Shown piece by piece: positions 1 through 8,778 of a DNA stretch of 64,000 nt; the stretch's first letter is position 1, and every line of letters begins with the position of its first letter. Both the position numbers and the translations under genes were made by a program. The DNA is from Nitrospirota bacterium (GTDB lineage: Bacteria > Nitrospirota > Thermodesulfovibrionia > Thermodesulfovibrionales > JdFR-86). The notes under the pieces are model-generated. The model had not been told where the DNA came from, made no database searches, and was given only the letters and a program-made list of their open reading frames with translations. The DNA lies in contig CAVRJY010000001.1 of assembly GCA_963721805.1 (NCBI GenBank), positions 1,088,001-1,152,000 on the forward strand, written 5' to 3'.

Positions 1-21
1 GCCGCGGTAGAGAAGAAGTAA
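1..21 (+). CDS. 3' end of upstream gene (AAVEKK*), possibly integration host factor alpha
   Basis: In-frame TAA at 19-21, 3 nt before the MerR ATG. ihfA-merR-tRNA-Pro is a widely conserved order; identity rests on context only. Confidence 0.35.
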   Translation, partial: AAVEKK

Positions 22-24
22 GCG

Positions 25-408
25 ATGCAGCGCGCTGCCTCGGACGAGAAAAGGGACAGGCAGCAGGGCCAGTTCCCTGACAAGCTCTTTTACAAGATCG
101 GCGAAGTAAGCAGGCTCACCGGGGTCGAATCCTACGTGCTCCGATACTGGGAGACGGAGTTTCAGTTCCTGAGGCCCCGCAAGAGCAAGTCCGGGCAGCG
201 CATTTACGTCAAGAAGGATCTCGAAGTGATCATGATGATAAAAGAGCTGCTCTACGGCGAGAGGCTCACGCTGGAGGGGGTCAGGCGCAGGCTCGGCGAA
301 TCAGGCACGGCCCACCCGAGCAGACCGGAGACCGCCCCGGCCCCGGCCGCTGACCCGATTGAACGCGTAAAACAAAGGCTCCGTGATATACTAGCCCGGA
401 TGTCCTGA
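25..408 (+). CDS. MerR family transcriptional regulator
   Basis: YKIGEVSRLTGVESYVLRYWETEF MerR helix-turn-helix; typical position before tRNA-Pro. Confidence 0.9.
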   Translation: MQRAASDEKRDRQQGQFPDKLFYKIGEVSRLTGVESYVLRYWETEFQFLRPRKSKSGQRIYVKKDLEVIMMIKELLYGERLTLEGVRRRLGESGTAHPSRPETAPAPAADPIERVKQRLRDILARMS

Positions 409-415
409 TCAAGTA

Positions 416-493
416 CGGGGCGTAGCGCAGCCTGGATAGCGCACTCGCTTGGGGTGCGAGAGGTCGACCGTTCGAATCGGTTCGCCCCGACCA
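416..493 (+). tRNA. tRNA-Pro(GGG)
   Basis: CGGGGCG acceptor stem, anticodon arm CTCGC-TTGGGGT-GCGAG, TTCGAAT T-loop, encoded CCA. Confidence 0.95.
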
Positions 494-504
494 TTGACAG
501 AGAG

Positions 505-537
505 AAGGGGTTGCGGTGACAAGCCGCAACCCCTTTT
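505..537. terminator. Intrinsic terminator hairpin between tRNA-Pro and the convergent cupin gene
   Basis: AAGGGGTTGCGG...CCGCAACCCCTT followed by TT. Confidence 0.75.
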
Positions 538-568
538 GCTTGTCCGGCTGGATTTGTCCGGCCTTCGG

Positions 569-964
569 TCAGGAATGATATTGTTCGTCGCTGACCTTCT
601 CCAGCCAGTCGACGGCTTTGCCGTCAAGTTGCTCCTGGATGGCGATGTGCGTCATGGACGTCGTGGCTGCGGCGCCATGCCAGTGCTTCTCTCCGGGTGC
701 GATCCAGACTACGTCACCCGGCCGGATTTCCTCGATCGGGCCGCCCCAGCGTTGTACCCGGCCGGCGCCGGCCGTCACGATCAGGGTCTGCCCCAACGGG
801 TGGGAGTGCCATGCCGTGCGTGCGCCGGGCTCGAACGTGACCGCAGCCCCAAAGGCGCGCGTCGGCTCAGGCGGGTTAAACAGCGGATCGAGACGCACCG
901 TGCCTGTAAACCAATCCTCCGGTCCCTTGATCGATGCCTGTGAGCCGCTTCGTTTTATCTCCAC
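569..964 (-). CDS. Cupin domain protein
   Basis: [16 protein letters not shown] and PGEKHWHGA cupin motifs; GTG start at 964 after an AGGAGG RBS. Confidence 0.85.
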   Translation of the reverse strand: MEIKRSGSQASIKGPEDWFTGTVRLDPLFNPPEPTRAFGAAVTFEPGARTAWHSHPLGQTLIVTAGAGRVQRWGGPIEEIRPGDVVWIAPGEKHWHGAAATTSMTHIAIQEQLDGKAVDWLEKVSDEQYHS

Positions 965-1045
965 CGTAGCGCCTCCTCTGCTGTCAAATGGTACACCTGA
1001 AAAACAAGGCGCGCAAGGTCGGTTCGCCACGACGATACCACAAAT

Positions 1046-1079
1046 AAAAAGGGACGCGGCAGATGCCGCGTCCCTTTTT
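1046..1079. terminator. Bidirectional-type intrinsic terminator
   Basis: AAAAAGGGACGCGGCA-GA-TGCCGCGTCCCTTTTT perfect inverted repeat. Confidence 0.85.
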
Positions 1080-1096
1080 ATTTAGCTTAAACTAAC

Positions 1097-2047
1097 TTAT
1101 ACGTCTGGCCCGCTGTAGAGGAGCTCCTCATAGAACTTCCCGAGGTCCGGAAGCTCAGGCATGTCCATGATCTTCATGCCGCTTCTGGGGTGCTCGTTCA
1201 GTATCCCGGTGATCATGTAAGGGATGTGGTAGCCCCACTCGATCTTCGCCTTAAGCGGTATGAACTGCTCCTGTATGATCTCGATTACCGGCTTGATGTC
1301 GAACTTCGGGTTCTGCAGGAAGGAGAGCAGCAGCTCGAGGGGGCAGTTGCCGGCGCCGCGGCCCATGCCGTATATCGTCGCGTCGAGGCGGTTGATGCCG
1401 CATATGACGGCCTCGATCGTGTTGGCGAAGGCGAGCTGCTGGTTGTTGTGGGTGTGGATGCCCACCTGCTTGCCCGGCAGCGCGGCGATGTATTTCCTGG
1501 CCAGGGCCGCGATCTGCTCGGAGTACAGCGAGCCGAAGCTGTCGACGAGGTAGATCGTCTCTACGTTGCTCTTCGAGAGGTCGTCGAGCGCCTCGTCGAG
1601 GTCCCGCTCGATGACCTTCGAGACCGCCATAAGGTTGATCGTCGTCTCGTAGCCCTTGTCCTGGCAGTGGTGGGCGAGGTCGATGGCCTTGTCTACCTGC
1701 TTAACGTAGCACGCGACCCTGATCATGTCCAGCGGGCTCTGGCTTTTGGGGCTGATGTCCTCGTGCTCGATGCGGCCTATGTCGGCCATGGCCGAGAGCT
1801 TCATCGTGGTATCGACGCCATCGACGATCGCCCTGATCTCGTCGTCCTTGCAGAACTTCCACTTGCCGTTCTCTACCCGCGAGAAGTACTTCTCGGAGCT
1901 CTTGTATCCGATCTCCATGTAGTCCACGCCGGCCTTCACAAGGCACAGGAAGACCTTTCTGACGAACTCGTCGCTGAACTGCCAGCCGTTTATCAGCCCG
2001 CCGTCGCGTACGGTGCAGTCTAAAACCTTGATCTCAGGCCTGTACAT
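1097..2047 (-). CDS. DRE-TIM (HMGL-like) aldolase, 4-hydroxy-2-oxovalerate aldolase-like
   Basis: LDCTVRDGG, HTHNN metal ligands, GMGRGAGN. Confidence 0.85.
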   Translation of the reverse strand: MYRPEIKVLDCTVRDGGLINGWQFSDEFVRKVFLCLVKAGVDYMEIGYKSSEKYFSRVENGKWKFCKDDEIRAIVDGVDTTMKLSAMADIGRIEHEDISPKSQSPLDMIRVACYVKQVDKAIDLAHHCQDKGYETTINLMAVSKVIERDLDEALDDLSKSNVETIYLVDSFGSLYSEQIAALARKYIAALPGKQVGIHTHNNQQLAFANTIEAVICGINRLDATIYGMGRGAGNCPLELLLSFLQNPKFDIKPVIEIIQEQFIPLKAKIEWGYHIPYMITGILNEHPRSGMKIMDMPELPDLGKFYEELLYSGPDV

Positions 2048-2075
2048 TTTCTCTGTGCCCTCCGGTATGTGTTAT

Positions 2076-2711
2076 TTATCTGTTGTCGGAATTCGGCGCA
2101 AGCCGCGCGAATTTGCTCGCAAGGTCACGGACCGCCTGCCAGTCGCCCGCCTTGACCAGCTCGCGGCGGATGATGGCCGACCCCACTATTATGCCAGAGA
2201 CTCCGGCCGCGAGGTAATCCCTGAAGTTCTCGGCCGTCACGCCGCCGCTCGGCATGTATTTGATGAAGGGCAGCGGACCCCTGATAGTCTTCAGGAACTT
2301 AAGCCCCCCCATCTCCACAAACGGGAACAGCTTTACGATGTCAGCACCGGCGCGGTGGGCGCGCAGTATCTCGGTAGGGCTTGCCGCGCCGGGTATCGAG
2401 ACCGCCCCGTTATCCTTCGTATATCTCACGATCTCCTCGTCGAGGTGGGGGCTTACGATGTACGCGGCCCCGGCCCGAAGCGCGAGTGCGGCGTCCGCTA
2501 TCGTAAGCACGGTACCGGCCCCGAGCGTCACGCCTTCCGTTGGGCTCAGGCGGCTTATCACCTCGTGCGCATCCGGCACCGAGAAAGTGATCTCGACAAG
2601 CTTCACCCCGCCCTCGATGCACGCGCGGGCGGCCATGTATGCCTCCTCGGGCGTATCGGTGCGGATGACCACGACGAGCTGGTGTTTCTCTATGTCCTCT
2701 ATGGTTCCCAT
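2076..2711 (-). CDS. eda: KHG/KDPG aldolase
   Basis: VVVIR, VEITF, GAGTVL, VSP, PGAASPTE, VKLFP, MPSGGV motifs; start taken at ATG 2711. Confidence 0.85.
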   Translation of the reverse strand: MGTIEDIEKHQLVVVIRTDTPEEAYMAARACIEGGVKLVEITFSVPDAHEVISRLSPTEGVTLGAGTVLTIADAALALRAGAAYIVSPHLDEEIVRYTKDNGAVSIPGAASPTEILRAHRAGADIVKLFPFVEMGGLKFLKTIRGPLPFIKYMPSGGVTAENFRDYLAAGVSGIIVGSAIIRRELVKAGDWQAVRDLASKFARLAPNSDNR

Positions 2712-2875
2712 ATCCGGTTGTCCCCGGCCGCGCATTAAAACTCGCCCGGCCGAACCGTTATTTTACCAGACCCGCAAACCAAAAAACCTCCTGCCCGTGG
2801 AGTTCTGATTCTTGCTGACGCTCCGGGATTATCGTGATACAATCGAATTATTAAGAGCCCGACAGGAGGAAATCT

Positions 2876-3301
2876 ATGAAGCGTAAAGGTTCGGCGGTAT
2901 GGAAGGGCGGGATAAAGGACGGAAGCGGTACGGTTTCGACCGAGAGCGGAGTGCTCAAGGACGTGCAGTATTCGTTCAGCTCGCGGTTTGAGGACGGCAA
3001 GGGCACGAACCCCGAGGAGCTGATCGCGGCCGCGCACGCCGGCTGCTTCGCGATGGCGCTCTCCGGCCAGCTGGGCGAGGTGGGCTTGACGGCAGCGAGC
3101 CTGAACGTCACCGCGACCGTCGAGATCGAGAAATCAGGCGGGGGATTCACGGTCACGGCCTCGCACCTGGACCTGAAGGCGAAGATCCCCGGCGCTGACC
3201 AGAATACATTCGAGAAGGCGGCGCTCGCGGCCAAGGAGGGCTGCCCGATCTCGAAGCTCCTTAACGCGAAGATCACGCTGGTGGCCAGGCTCGAGGATTA
3301 G
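2876..3301 (+). CDS. osmC: OsmC family peroxiredoxin
   Basis: GTNPEELIAAAHAGCF and CPIS motifs; AGGAGG RBS; TGATACAAT extended -10 upstream. Confidence 0.92.
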   Translation: MKRKGSAVWKGGIKDGSGTVSTESGVLKDVQYSFSSRFEDGKGTNPEELIAAAHAGCFAMALSGQLGEVGLTAASLNVTATVEIEKSGGGFTVTASHLDLKAKIPGADQNTFEKAALAAKEGCPISKLLNAKITLVARLED

Positions 3302-3394
3302 ATGACGTCTTAAAATCCGCCGCGCCTATCCTGCTCCCGGCAGGGCCGGATCCCTTTGCGCTGAAGGCGCTTCAGGGGGTATAATGCCCACTCG

Positions 3395-4741
3395 ATGAGA
3401 AAGAAGGTCATCGAGGAGTCGGTCCTCTTCGTAAGCATACTTAAGTGGGTCCTGCTCGCGTCTTGCGCGGGGGCGCTCGTAGGCGTATCGACCGCGATGT
3501 TCCTCAAACTCCTCGAATACGCCAACAGGCTGAACCCCGACAACAGGTTTTTCTATCTCATGCCAGCGGCTTTTTTCCTGAGCGTGGTCTTAATCAAATA
3601 CCTTGCCCCCGAGGCCGAGGGCCACGGCACCGAGAAGGTGATAGAGGCCGTGCACCGCAGGGCCGGGAAGATAAACCCCCTGGTCGTGCCTGTCAAGCTC
3701 GCGGCCACTATCGTCACGATAGCTACGGGCGGCTCGGCAGGCAAGGAAGGCCCTTGCGCCCAGATCGGCGCGGGCGTATCCTCGATCTTCGCCGACATAC
3801 TCAGGTTCGACGACCGCGACCGCAGGAAGCTGGTCATCTGCGGCATCAGCGCGGGGTTCGCGGCCGTATTCGGCACGCCGATCGCGGGCGCGCTCTTCGG
3901 GGTCGAGGTCCTGACGGTCGGCAGCCTTCTGTATGACGTGCTCCTGCCGTCGTTCATCTCGGGGATCGTCGGGTTCCAGGTAGCCTCGTCGCTCGGGATC
4001 ACCTATTTCCATTCGCAGATCAATTTCATCCCGGTCTTCACCAGCGGATTTTTCCTTAAGGTCTGCATAAGCGGCATCTTCTTCGGCCTGTGCTCTTTAC
4101 TGCTTATAGAATCCATGAAACTCGCCGAGAAGGGCGCGGCGCTGTTGCATATCTGGAAGCCCCTGAAGGGGATCGTCGGAGGCGCCGCCCTGGCGCTGCT
4201 GGTCCCGTTCGTATCGGCCAGCTATCTGGGGCTCGGGCTCGATACGATCAAGACCAGCCTCGAGGGCGGGGTGGTGCCGGGCGTAGCGTTTCTGATGAAG
4301 ATGGTCTTTACGTCGGTAACTCTCAGCTTCGGCGGAAGCGGCGGCATCGTGACGCCTATATTCTTCATCGGGGCCACCGCCGGGAGCGCCTTCGGCAGGA
4401 CGCTCGGGTTCGACCCCTCGGTGTTTGCCGCTATAGGGATGGTGAGCCTTCTGTCGGGGGCGGCCAATACGCCGATCTCCGCGAGCATCATGGCCGTGGA
4501 GCTGTTCGGCCCGGCCGTCGCCCCATATGCCGCCGTTGCGTGTATAATAAGCTTTCTAATGACCGGACATAGGAGCATATACCCCAGCCAGGTGCTGGCG
4601 ATGGCTAAATCATCCTCGCTCTCGGTCTCCAAAGGCAGGGAGATGAGACACCTCGACGAAGTGGATTACGAGGGGCGCGAGGGCAGCATGGTCTCTCGCG
4701 CAAAGAGGATTAACCCGTTCGGGAGGCATCCTCATGAGTGA
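3395..4741 (+). CDS. ClC family chloride channel/transporter
   Basis: GKEGP, FGTPIAG and GGIVTPIFFIG ClC signature motifs; many TM helices. Confidence 0.9.
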   Translation: MRKKVIEESVLFVSILKWVLLASCAGALVGVSTAMFLKLLEYANRLNPDNRFFYLMPAAFFLSVVLIKYLAPEAEGHGTEKVIEAVHRRAGKINPLVVPVKLAATIVTIATGGSAGKEGPCAQIGAGVSSIFADILRFDDRDRRKLVICGISAGFAAVFGTPIAGALFGVEVLTVGSLLYDVLLPSFISGIVGFQVASSLGITYFHSQINFIPVFTSGFFLKVCISGIFFGLCSLLLIESMKLAEKGAALLHIWKPLKGIVGGAALALLVPFVSASYLGLGLDTIKTSLEGGVVPGVAFLMKMVFTSVTLSFGGSGGIVTPIFFIGATAGSAFGRTLGFDPSVFAAIGMVSLLSGAANTPISASIMAVELFGPAVAPYAAVACIISFLMTGHRSIYPSQVLAMAKSSSLSVSKGREMRHLDEVDYEGREGSMVSRAKRINPFGRHPHE

Positions 4742-5168
4742 CAGCAGACAGCGCGGTATGATGCATCCGGGCCTCGCCCGGGCCGCGACCTCCCTGTTTC
4801 TGTGCTATTTCCTGGTATACGCGTTTTCTCCCCTCTCGGCCGCGTACTGCCAGGATTGTTCCTACGACACCCCGCACATATACATCCTTGAACTCGTACT
4901 AGGCGCGCTTAATCGACAGCCTGACACCGCTGGCCACGCGAGCGACGAGAGGGCCCTGCTCAGGAAGTTTCGCGCCCTCGCCGCGGGCGGCTCGGGCAGG
5001 GACAATATCGCCCAGCAGATGACCCATTCGGGAGTGGGCAGCCGCCCTATGCCCGAATCGATGCGCCGCTGCGCGCCAACCGAAGACGTCCGCATCGCGG
5101 CCTTTGCATTCGACGAGATTTATGCCGGACATTCGCCGCCCGAAGCAGCCCCCGCTGCACAGGCATGA
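4734..5168 (+). CDS. Hypothetical protein with N-terminal hydrophobic segment, CxxC and C-terminal GHSPP
   Basis: Fills the gap between ClC and the pal-like gene and overlaps the ClC stop; exact start uncertain. Confidence 0.55.
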   Translation: MSDSRQRGMMHPGLARAATSLFLCYFLVYAFSPLSAAYCQDCSYDTPHIYILELVLGALNRQPDTAGHASDERALLRKFRALAAGGSGRDNIAQQMTHSGVGSRPMPESMRRCAPTEDVRIAAFAFDEIYAGHSPPEAAPAAQA

Positions 5169-5221
5169 GCCTGCCCCTTAGGGGCGGCGAATATCGATTT
5201 TATCGCAAGGGAGATACATCC

Positions 5222-5776
5222 ATGAAGGCTTCAGCGTTAATCATAACGATCCTGTTCGCGTTCGCTCTCGGATGCGCCCATAAAGAGACTGTCAAGCCGG
5301 CCGATACCTCCAAGGCCGCCTCCGCCACGGCAGCGCAGGCCAGCGCCACGGGCGCCGCTAATGCAGCGGCGGCAGCTAACAATGCCTCATCCAAGTCCGG
5401 AGCTTCGGCCGACCAGCAGGCGGCCGCGGCGCTCCAGGGCAAGCTCCACGACATCCACTTCGACTACAACAAGTCCGTTATACAGAACTCCGACAAGCCC
5501 GTGCTGAAGGACCTCGCCGCAACGCTGAAGGCCAAGAAGGCTCTGGGCGTCAGGGTCGAGGGCAACTGCGACGAACGCGGCACTACGGAATATAACCTCG
5601 CGCTCGGGGACCGCAGGGCGCGCGCCGCAAAGGACTTTCTGGTCGCGCAGGGCGTCCGGGCCAAGCGGATCAAGGCAGCGAGCAACGGCAAGGAAAAGCC
5701 GCTCTGTGCCGAGCATAACGAGGAGTGCTGGGCAAAAAACCGCCGCGACGCGTTCGTGCTTGCAGAGCATAAGTAA
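5222..5776 (+). CDS. pal: Peptidoglycan-associated lipoprotein (OmpA/Pal family)
   Basis: Lipobox ALGC, Ala-rich linker, EGNCDERGTTEYNLALGDRRA, NRR; AAGGGAG RBS. No tol genes adjacent. Confidence 0.85.
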   Translation: MKASALIITILFAFALGCAHKETVKPADTSKAASATAAQASATGAANAAAAANNASSKSGASADQQAAAALQGKLHDIHFDYNKSVIQNSDKPVLKDLAATLKAKKALGVRVEGNCDERGTTEYNLALGDRRARAAKDFLVAQGVRAKRIKAASNGKEKPLCAEHNEECWAKNRRDAFVLAEHK

Positions 5777-5789
5777 TTTTTGCGGATTC

Positions 5790-5826
5790 CGTGGGGCTCC
5801 CGGCTTATGCCGGGAGCCCCACGTTT
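5790..5826 (+). terminator. Terminator-like hairpin after pal
   Basis: CGTGGGGCTCCCGGC-TTAT-GCCGGGAGCCCCACG then TTT. Confidence 0.7.
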
Positions 5827-5936
5827 ATCTGCATCAGGCAGTAAATATTGACCGTTCATATGCATTCGAGTTACATTAATAAGTTCACTTCAAATATATA
5901 GGGGAGGATTTTGCATGCCCGGCGGGCCGTTTTAGT

Positions 5937-7583
5937 ATGAACTGCAGCGACAGATACAAACGGCTCATCGACCGCGGGCTCGTAAGCCCCGAGGAGCTCG
6001 GGAGGCTGTCTGAGGAATCACGCTCAAGCGGTGCGTGCATCGAGCAGGCCCTCCTCGACAGGGGGATACCGAAGCACGAGCTCCTGTTCAGCCTCGCGGA
6101 GTGCTACGGCCGCCCATTCGTTGAGTACGAGGAGTCCGTCGTCGTCTCGCATACGCTTGCGCGCACGCTGGACCTGCAGCGCCTCAAGCACGAGCTCTGG
6201 GTCCCGCTCTCGGCCGGGAAGGGCCGTGCCGAGGTCATCGCCTGCGACCCTTCCGACCCGCCGATGCTCGAGGAGATCCGGCGGCTGTTCCCCGGCGCAG
6301 AGGTCGATTTCTCGGTCGCGCTGCCGCGCGACATCGTGCGCATCATAGAGCACAACCAGGACCTGAACCCGAACTTCACGCCCACCGGGGGGCGCACCCC
6401 TTTGGCGAAGGTCAGGACGTTCCTCGCCGACAGGCGCTCGCTGATGTCGTGGTTTAGGACGTCGCTCGCCAAGGGCCGCACCGGGCTTGCGATGTTCCGC
6501 ACGGGCATATCGTTCACCGCGATTGCGCTGGCGCTGTTTCGGGTGTTCGGCTACGGGTGGCACAATATCATCGAGGCCGCGCTCATAGCCCTCGGCGCGG
6601 TGCTATTCTATGAGGGCGCCAAGTGGTATCACCCGGCGCGCAGCATCGGGAAGCAGGCCATAAGCTGCCGCGACACCGGAGCGACCGGGGGCACGACCGT
6701 GCTCGAACTGATCAATCCGGGCAACACCCCGGGCTTCGTCCGGTCTGCGCCGATCCCGGGCGCTGCCGGGCTCAGGGCCCTATGGGAGCGCCTCTCTCCG
6801 GTGATGCGCAGGAGGTTTCTGGCCTCGGACCGCACGGACTTCGCCGAGGAGCGCACGCTCCTGGCCTGCTACCGCACGGTGATGGCCAAGGCCCGCACCG
6901 GGCTTGCGTTCACGCGCTCCGGCATAGCGATGATCGGCCTCGGGGTCGCGTTTCTCCGCGCGTTTCCGGCTGGCGGGCCGTGGACGGTCTTTGACTTCGC
7001 GCTCATCACGGTAGGCCTTCTTATGACCGCCGAGGGGTTTTACTGGTATCTGCCGGGGCGCACCGCGGGCCGGACCTGCATGGTATTCATCAATGCGGCC
7101 GACTGCGCCCCATCGTTTTGGGACACTATCGTGCCGCCATCGCATAAGGGCGTGGACCTCGAGACGTTCCGCCACGGCCGCCCCCCGGTGCATGCCGGCC
7201 AGACGCCCGGGATATGGGCCACAACAGGCCACGCGCTCGAGCGCACGCTGCTTGCCGAGCGCAGAAACGTGATGGCCCGCCTGCGCACGGTCATGGCCCG
7301 CTCGCGCACCGGGCTCGCGCTGATCCGCACAGGGCTGAGCATCGCCTCGGTCGGCCTCGGCCTTCAGGTATATTTCGGCCTGGGCAACCCCTACTGGACC
7401 GCGTTTAACTCGGCCCTCATGATCACCGGACTCGTGTTTGCGGCAGACGGGCTTTACTGGCATGTCCCGGCCAACCGCATCCGCCGGCAGCTCCCCTACT
7501 GCTTCGGGGACATCGAGATCACGGTGCCGAATTACGGCGTTCCGTCCAACGAGTGGAAGAGGGCGGTCTTCAGGCATGGCTGA
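5937..7583 (+). CDS. GspE/PilB N-terminal-like domain fused to three DUF202-like (Arg-heptad + 2 TM) modules
   Basis: N-terminus LIDRGLVSPEEL...LAECYGRPFVE...VIACDP resembles T2SSE_N; three internal repeats R-x6-R...RTGLA..RTG, each followed by two hydrophobic helices ending G..W; no ATPase Walker motifs. Confidence 0.75.
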   Translation: MNCSDRYKRLIDRGLVSPEELGRLSEESRSSGACIEQALLDRGIPKHELLFSLAECYGRPFVEYEESVVVSHTLARTLDLQRLKHELWVPLSAGKGRAEVIACDPSDPPMLEEIRRLFPGAEVDFSVALPRDIVRIIEHNQDLNPNFTPTGGRTPLAKVRTFLADRRSLMSWFRTSLAKGRTGLAMFRTGISFTAIALALFRVFGYGWHNIIEAALIALGAVLFYEGAKWYHPARSIGKQAISCRDTGATGGTTVLELINPGNTPGFVRSAPIPGAAGLRALWERLSPVMRRRFLASDRTDFAEERTLLACYRTVMAKARTGLAFTRSGIAMIGLGVAFLRAFPAGGPWTVFDFALITVGLLMTAEGFYWYLPGRTAGRTCMVFINAADCAPSFWDTIVPPSHKGVDLETFRHGRPPVHAGQTPGIWATTGHALERTLLAERRNVMARLRTVMARSRTGLALIRTGLSIASVGLGLQVYFGLGNPYWTAFNSALMITGLVFAADGLYWHVPANRIRRQLPYCFGDIEITVPNYGVPSNEWKRAVFRHG

Positions 7584-8769
7584 GATGGAGGCATACAGAA
7601 GCCTCGTCACATGGGGCGCGGTAAGCGAGGAGGCGCTCAGAGAGGCCGATATCGGTGCGAGGGCACGGGGCATAAGCCTCGAGCGCGCCATCATCACCGA
7701 ACTCGGCGTGCCCAAGCGCACGATCGTCAAGGCCCTGGCGATACACTACGGCGTCCCTTATGTCGAATACGACGAGCGCATCCCCGTGCCCCCGAAACTC
7801 ATCGCGCACCTCGAGGCCGACCGCCTCTCGTCGGACAACTGGTTTCCGTTTTCGGAGGAAGGCGGCTCCGCCGTCGCCGTCGCGGCAGCCGACCCGCTCG
7901 ACGAGGCCATGAGGCAGGAGGTCCGCGAGAGCTTCCCTGACGCCAGCGAGATAAGGTTTCACGTCGCGCTCGAAGAGGACATCCAGTGGTACATACTCGA
8001 CTTCATGCACGCCCGTCCCGGCAAACTCGTCGGGACCGAGCGCACGGGGCTCGCGTACTGGCGCAACACTATGGCCCACTGGCGGACGCGTATGGCCTGC
8101 TACCGCACGGACCTCGCTCTGGCGCGGACCTGGCTTGCCGCGATGCGCGGCGGGCTCGGGCTGGTCGTCATCACGGACGCCCTGATACGCGCTGGCAAGT
8201 TTTCTTCGCGCGGCCCGCTGCTTGCGCTTCTGGGCCTGGGCGCGCTGATGGCTCTCTACGGGATATGGCAGTACCTCAAGATCAGAAAGACAAGCCTTAC
8301 GCCCCCTGGGGACCAGACGCTGGTCGAGGTGACGACGGCGACGGTGCATTTTCTGGAGAACTACGACAGGCTCGAGCACGCGTACAGGCCGCCCCTGAAG
8401 GGCACGATGCTGCACCGGCTGGTCGATTTCATCGAGCCGTACTGCATGATCCTCTATCCGCACCCAGGCAGCGTCGAGCGCACCCACCTCGCGCGCGAAC
8501 GCAACGTGCTCGCCGCCCAGCGCACCATTGCAGGCTGCTACAGGACGCTATACGCCCGCGCCCGCACCGGCCTTTCGTTCATACGCTCGGGGGTCGCGTT
8601 CTCCGCGGCCGGGCTGAGCCTGCTGCACTACTTCAAGGTCTCGGCCTTCTCCGCGGTCGAGGCCTCGCTGTTCGTGATCGGGGTTTTCATGATAATTGAC
8701 GGTATACTATGGTATCTGCCCGCGCGGGGCGAGCAGTCCGAGCTTACGCGCTGCCCGATACCGGAGTGA
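7576..8769 (+). CDS. Paralogous GspE/PilB N-terminal-like protein with two DUF202-like modules
   Basis: ATG 7576 overlaps the end of the previous gene; ALAIHYGVPYVEY...VAAADP N-domain; two Arg-heptad + 2 TM repeats. Confidence 0.75.
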   Translation: MAEMEAYRSLVTWGAVSEEALREADIGARARGISLERAIITELGVPKRTIVKALAIHYGVPYVEYDERIPVPPKLIAHLEADRLSSDNWFPFSEEGGSAVAVAAADPLDEAMRQEVRESFPDASEIRFHVALEEDIQWYILDFMHARPGKLVGTERTGLAYWRNTMAHWRTRMACYRTDLALARTWLAAMRGGLGLVVITDALIRAGKFSSRGPLLALLGLGALMALYGIWQYLKIRKTSLTPPGDQTLVEVTTATVHFLENYDRLEHAYRPPLKGTMLHRLVDFIEPYCMILYPHPGSVERTHLARERNVLAAQRTIAGCYRTLYARARTGLSFIRSGVAFSAAGLSLLHYFKVSAFSAVEASLFVIGVFMIIDGILWYLPARGEQSELTRCPIPE

Positions 8770-8778
8770 GACTATTTC

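Noticed and set aside
416..493. Island integrated at tRNA-Pro
   Set aside because: No duplicate of its 3' end and no integrase seen in the window.
1190..2023. Long antisense or alternate-frame ORFs (also 16162-17307, 20733-21902, 20996-22444, 45781-46989, 60112-62127)
   Set aside because: They shadow well-supported genes, show no motifs, and are expected in high-GC DNA.
5937..8769. Type II secretion or type IV pilus ATPases
   Set aside because: Only the N-terminal domain is similar; no Walker A/B motifs and no secretion or pilus genes nearby.
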